Assembly: GCA_001771585.1 (NCBI GenBank)
Contig: MEUE01000001.1
Span: forward strand, 476,744 to 540,743
Direction: 5' to 3'
Source: a candidate division WOR-1 bacterium RIFOXYB2_FULL_46_45
GTDB taxonomy: Bacteria > Margulisbacteria > WOR-1 > XYC2-FULL-46-14
DNA: 64,000 nucleotides
The notes under the pieces are model-generated. The model was not told the origin of the DNA, searched no databases, and was given only the letters and a program-made list of their open reading frames with translations. The position numbers were made by a program, and so were the translations under genes. Of this stretch, positions 63,350 through 64,000 are shown piece after piece (position 1 is the stretch's first letter; every line of letters starts with the position of its first letter).

Positions 63350-64000
63350 ATGAAAAAGATTCTACTTGGCGCCCACATGTCAATCGCCGGCGGGGTGGAC
63401 AAAGCGATTGATCGCGGTGAATCAATCGGCTGCAAAACCATTCAGATCTTTGTCAAAAACAATAACCAATGGTTTGGAAAACCATTGCCTGAAGACGAGA
63501 TTGAAAGATTTAAAAAGCTACAAAAAGAGACCGGTATCTTGGTCTTTGCCCATACCGGCTATTTAGTAAATCTAGCTTCTCCCAAAGAAAATGTTTACGA
63601 AAATTCGATAAAATCAATGCTTGATGAATTGGAACGGGCAGAAAAACTGGGAATTCCATTTATTGTCCTCCATCCCGGTTCATCTCTTGATACTCCCAAA
63701 GAAGAAGGGATCAAAAAGATCGCAAGGACTATCAACGGATTATTTGAACGGATAAACGGATATAAAACAAAAATCGCGCTGGAGACGACCGCAGGGCAGG
63801 GATCGAGTGTTGGCAGCAAATTTTCGGAGATTGAAGAGATAATAAGACTGGTTGACGATAAGAAAAGAATCGGCGTCTGTTTTGACACCTGCCACTCTTT
63901 TGCCGCCGGATACGACATTAAGACCAAAGAGGGTTATAAAAATACCTGGAAAGAGTTTGACCGCGAAATCGGAATAGATAAGCTGCTAGCCTTTCATATT
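63350..64000 (+). CDS. nfo: endonuclease IV (partial, runs off the window end)
   Basis: LGAHMSIAGG...IQIFVKNNNQW is the Nfo TIM-barrel N-terminus. Confidence 0.8.
   Translation, partial: MKKILLGAHMSIAGGVDKAIDRGESIGCKTIQIFVKNNNQWFGKPLPEDEIERFKKLQKETGILVFAHTGYLVNLASPKENVYENSIKSMLDELERAEKLGIPFIVLHPGSSLDTPKEEGIKKIARTINGLFERINGYKTKIALETTAGQGSSVGSKFSEIEEIIRLVDDKKRIGVCFDTCHSFAAGYDIKTKEGYKNTWKEFDREIGIDKLLAFHI

Noticed and set aside
63595-63927. The minus-strand 110-aa ORF.
   Set aside because: It is antisense to the well-supported nfo (endonuclease IV) gene.

Overview
The window has two parts. Positions 1–23.8 kb hold a single co-directional minus-strand ribosomal/transcription block. From 24 kb onward the sequence is accessory-type and gene-dense.

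The ribosomal block runs adk(partial)-secY-rplO-rpsE-rplR-rplF-rpsH-rpsN(Zn)-rplE-rplX-rplN-rpsQ-rpmC-rplP-rpsC-rplV-rpsS-rplB-rplW-rplD-rplC-rpsJ-fusA-rpsG-rpsL-rpoC-rpoB-rplL-rplJ-rplA-rplK-nusG-secE-tRNA-Trp-rpmG. It has no rpmD (L30) between rpsE and rplO. It has no tuf after fusA or upstream of rpmG.

The accessory part contains:
- a lipoprotein with a cadherin-like domain
- a Hanks-type Ser/Thr kinase
- rmuC
- a UvrD-helicase/PD-(D/E)xK-nuclease fusion
- a pair of divergent paralogs with a Tiki/TraB-like motif set (GxxH..E..RE..GxxH..H), flanking a small tandem-repeat protein
- pyrR and a phosphohexomutase
- tadA
- two tRNA-Ser genes flanking a 2.9-kb segment that includes a GH16 lipoprotein
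- treZ
- a frameshifted cfa
- a ~14-kb co-directional signalling cluster: four histidine kinases, six REC-domain proteins, an ExeA/GspA-like AAA+ ATPase, a FadL-like outer-membrane protein gene interrupted by an in-frame TAG, and two secreted Ig/repeat proteins
- a CBM48 gene fragment
- a tautomerase, rarA, a methyltransferase and nfo (partial)

I found no CRISPR array, transposase or integrase. A FadL-like protein, lipoboxes and a FlgD-like sorting domain suggest an uncultivated diderm lineage. All calls come from reading motifs in the translations by eye, with no database searches.
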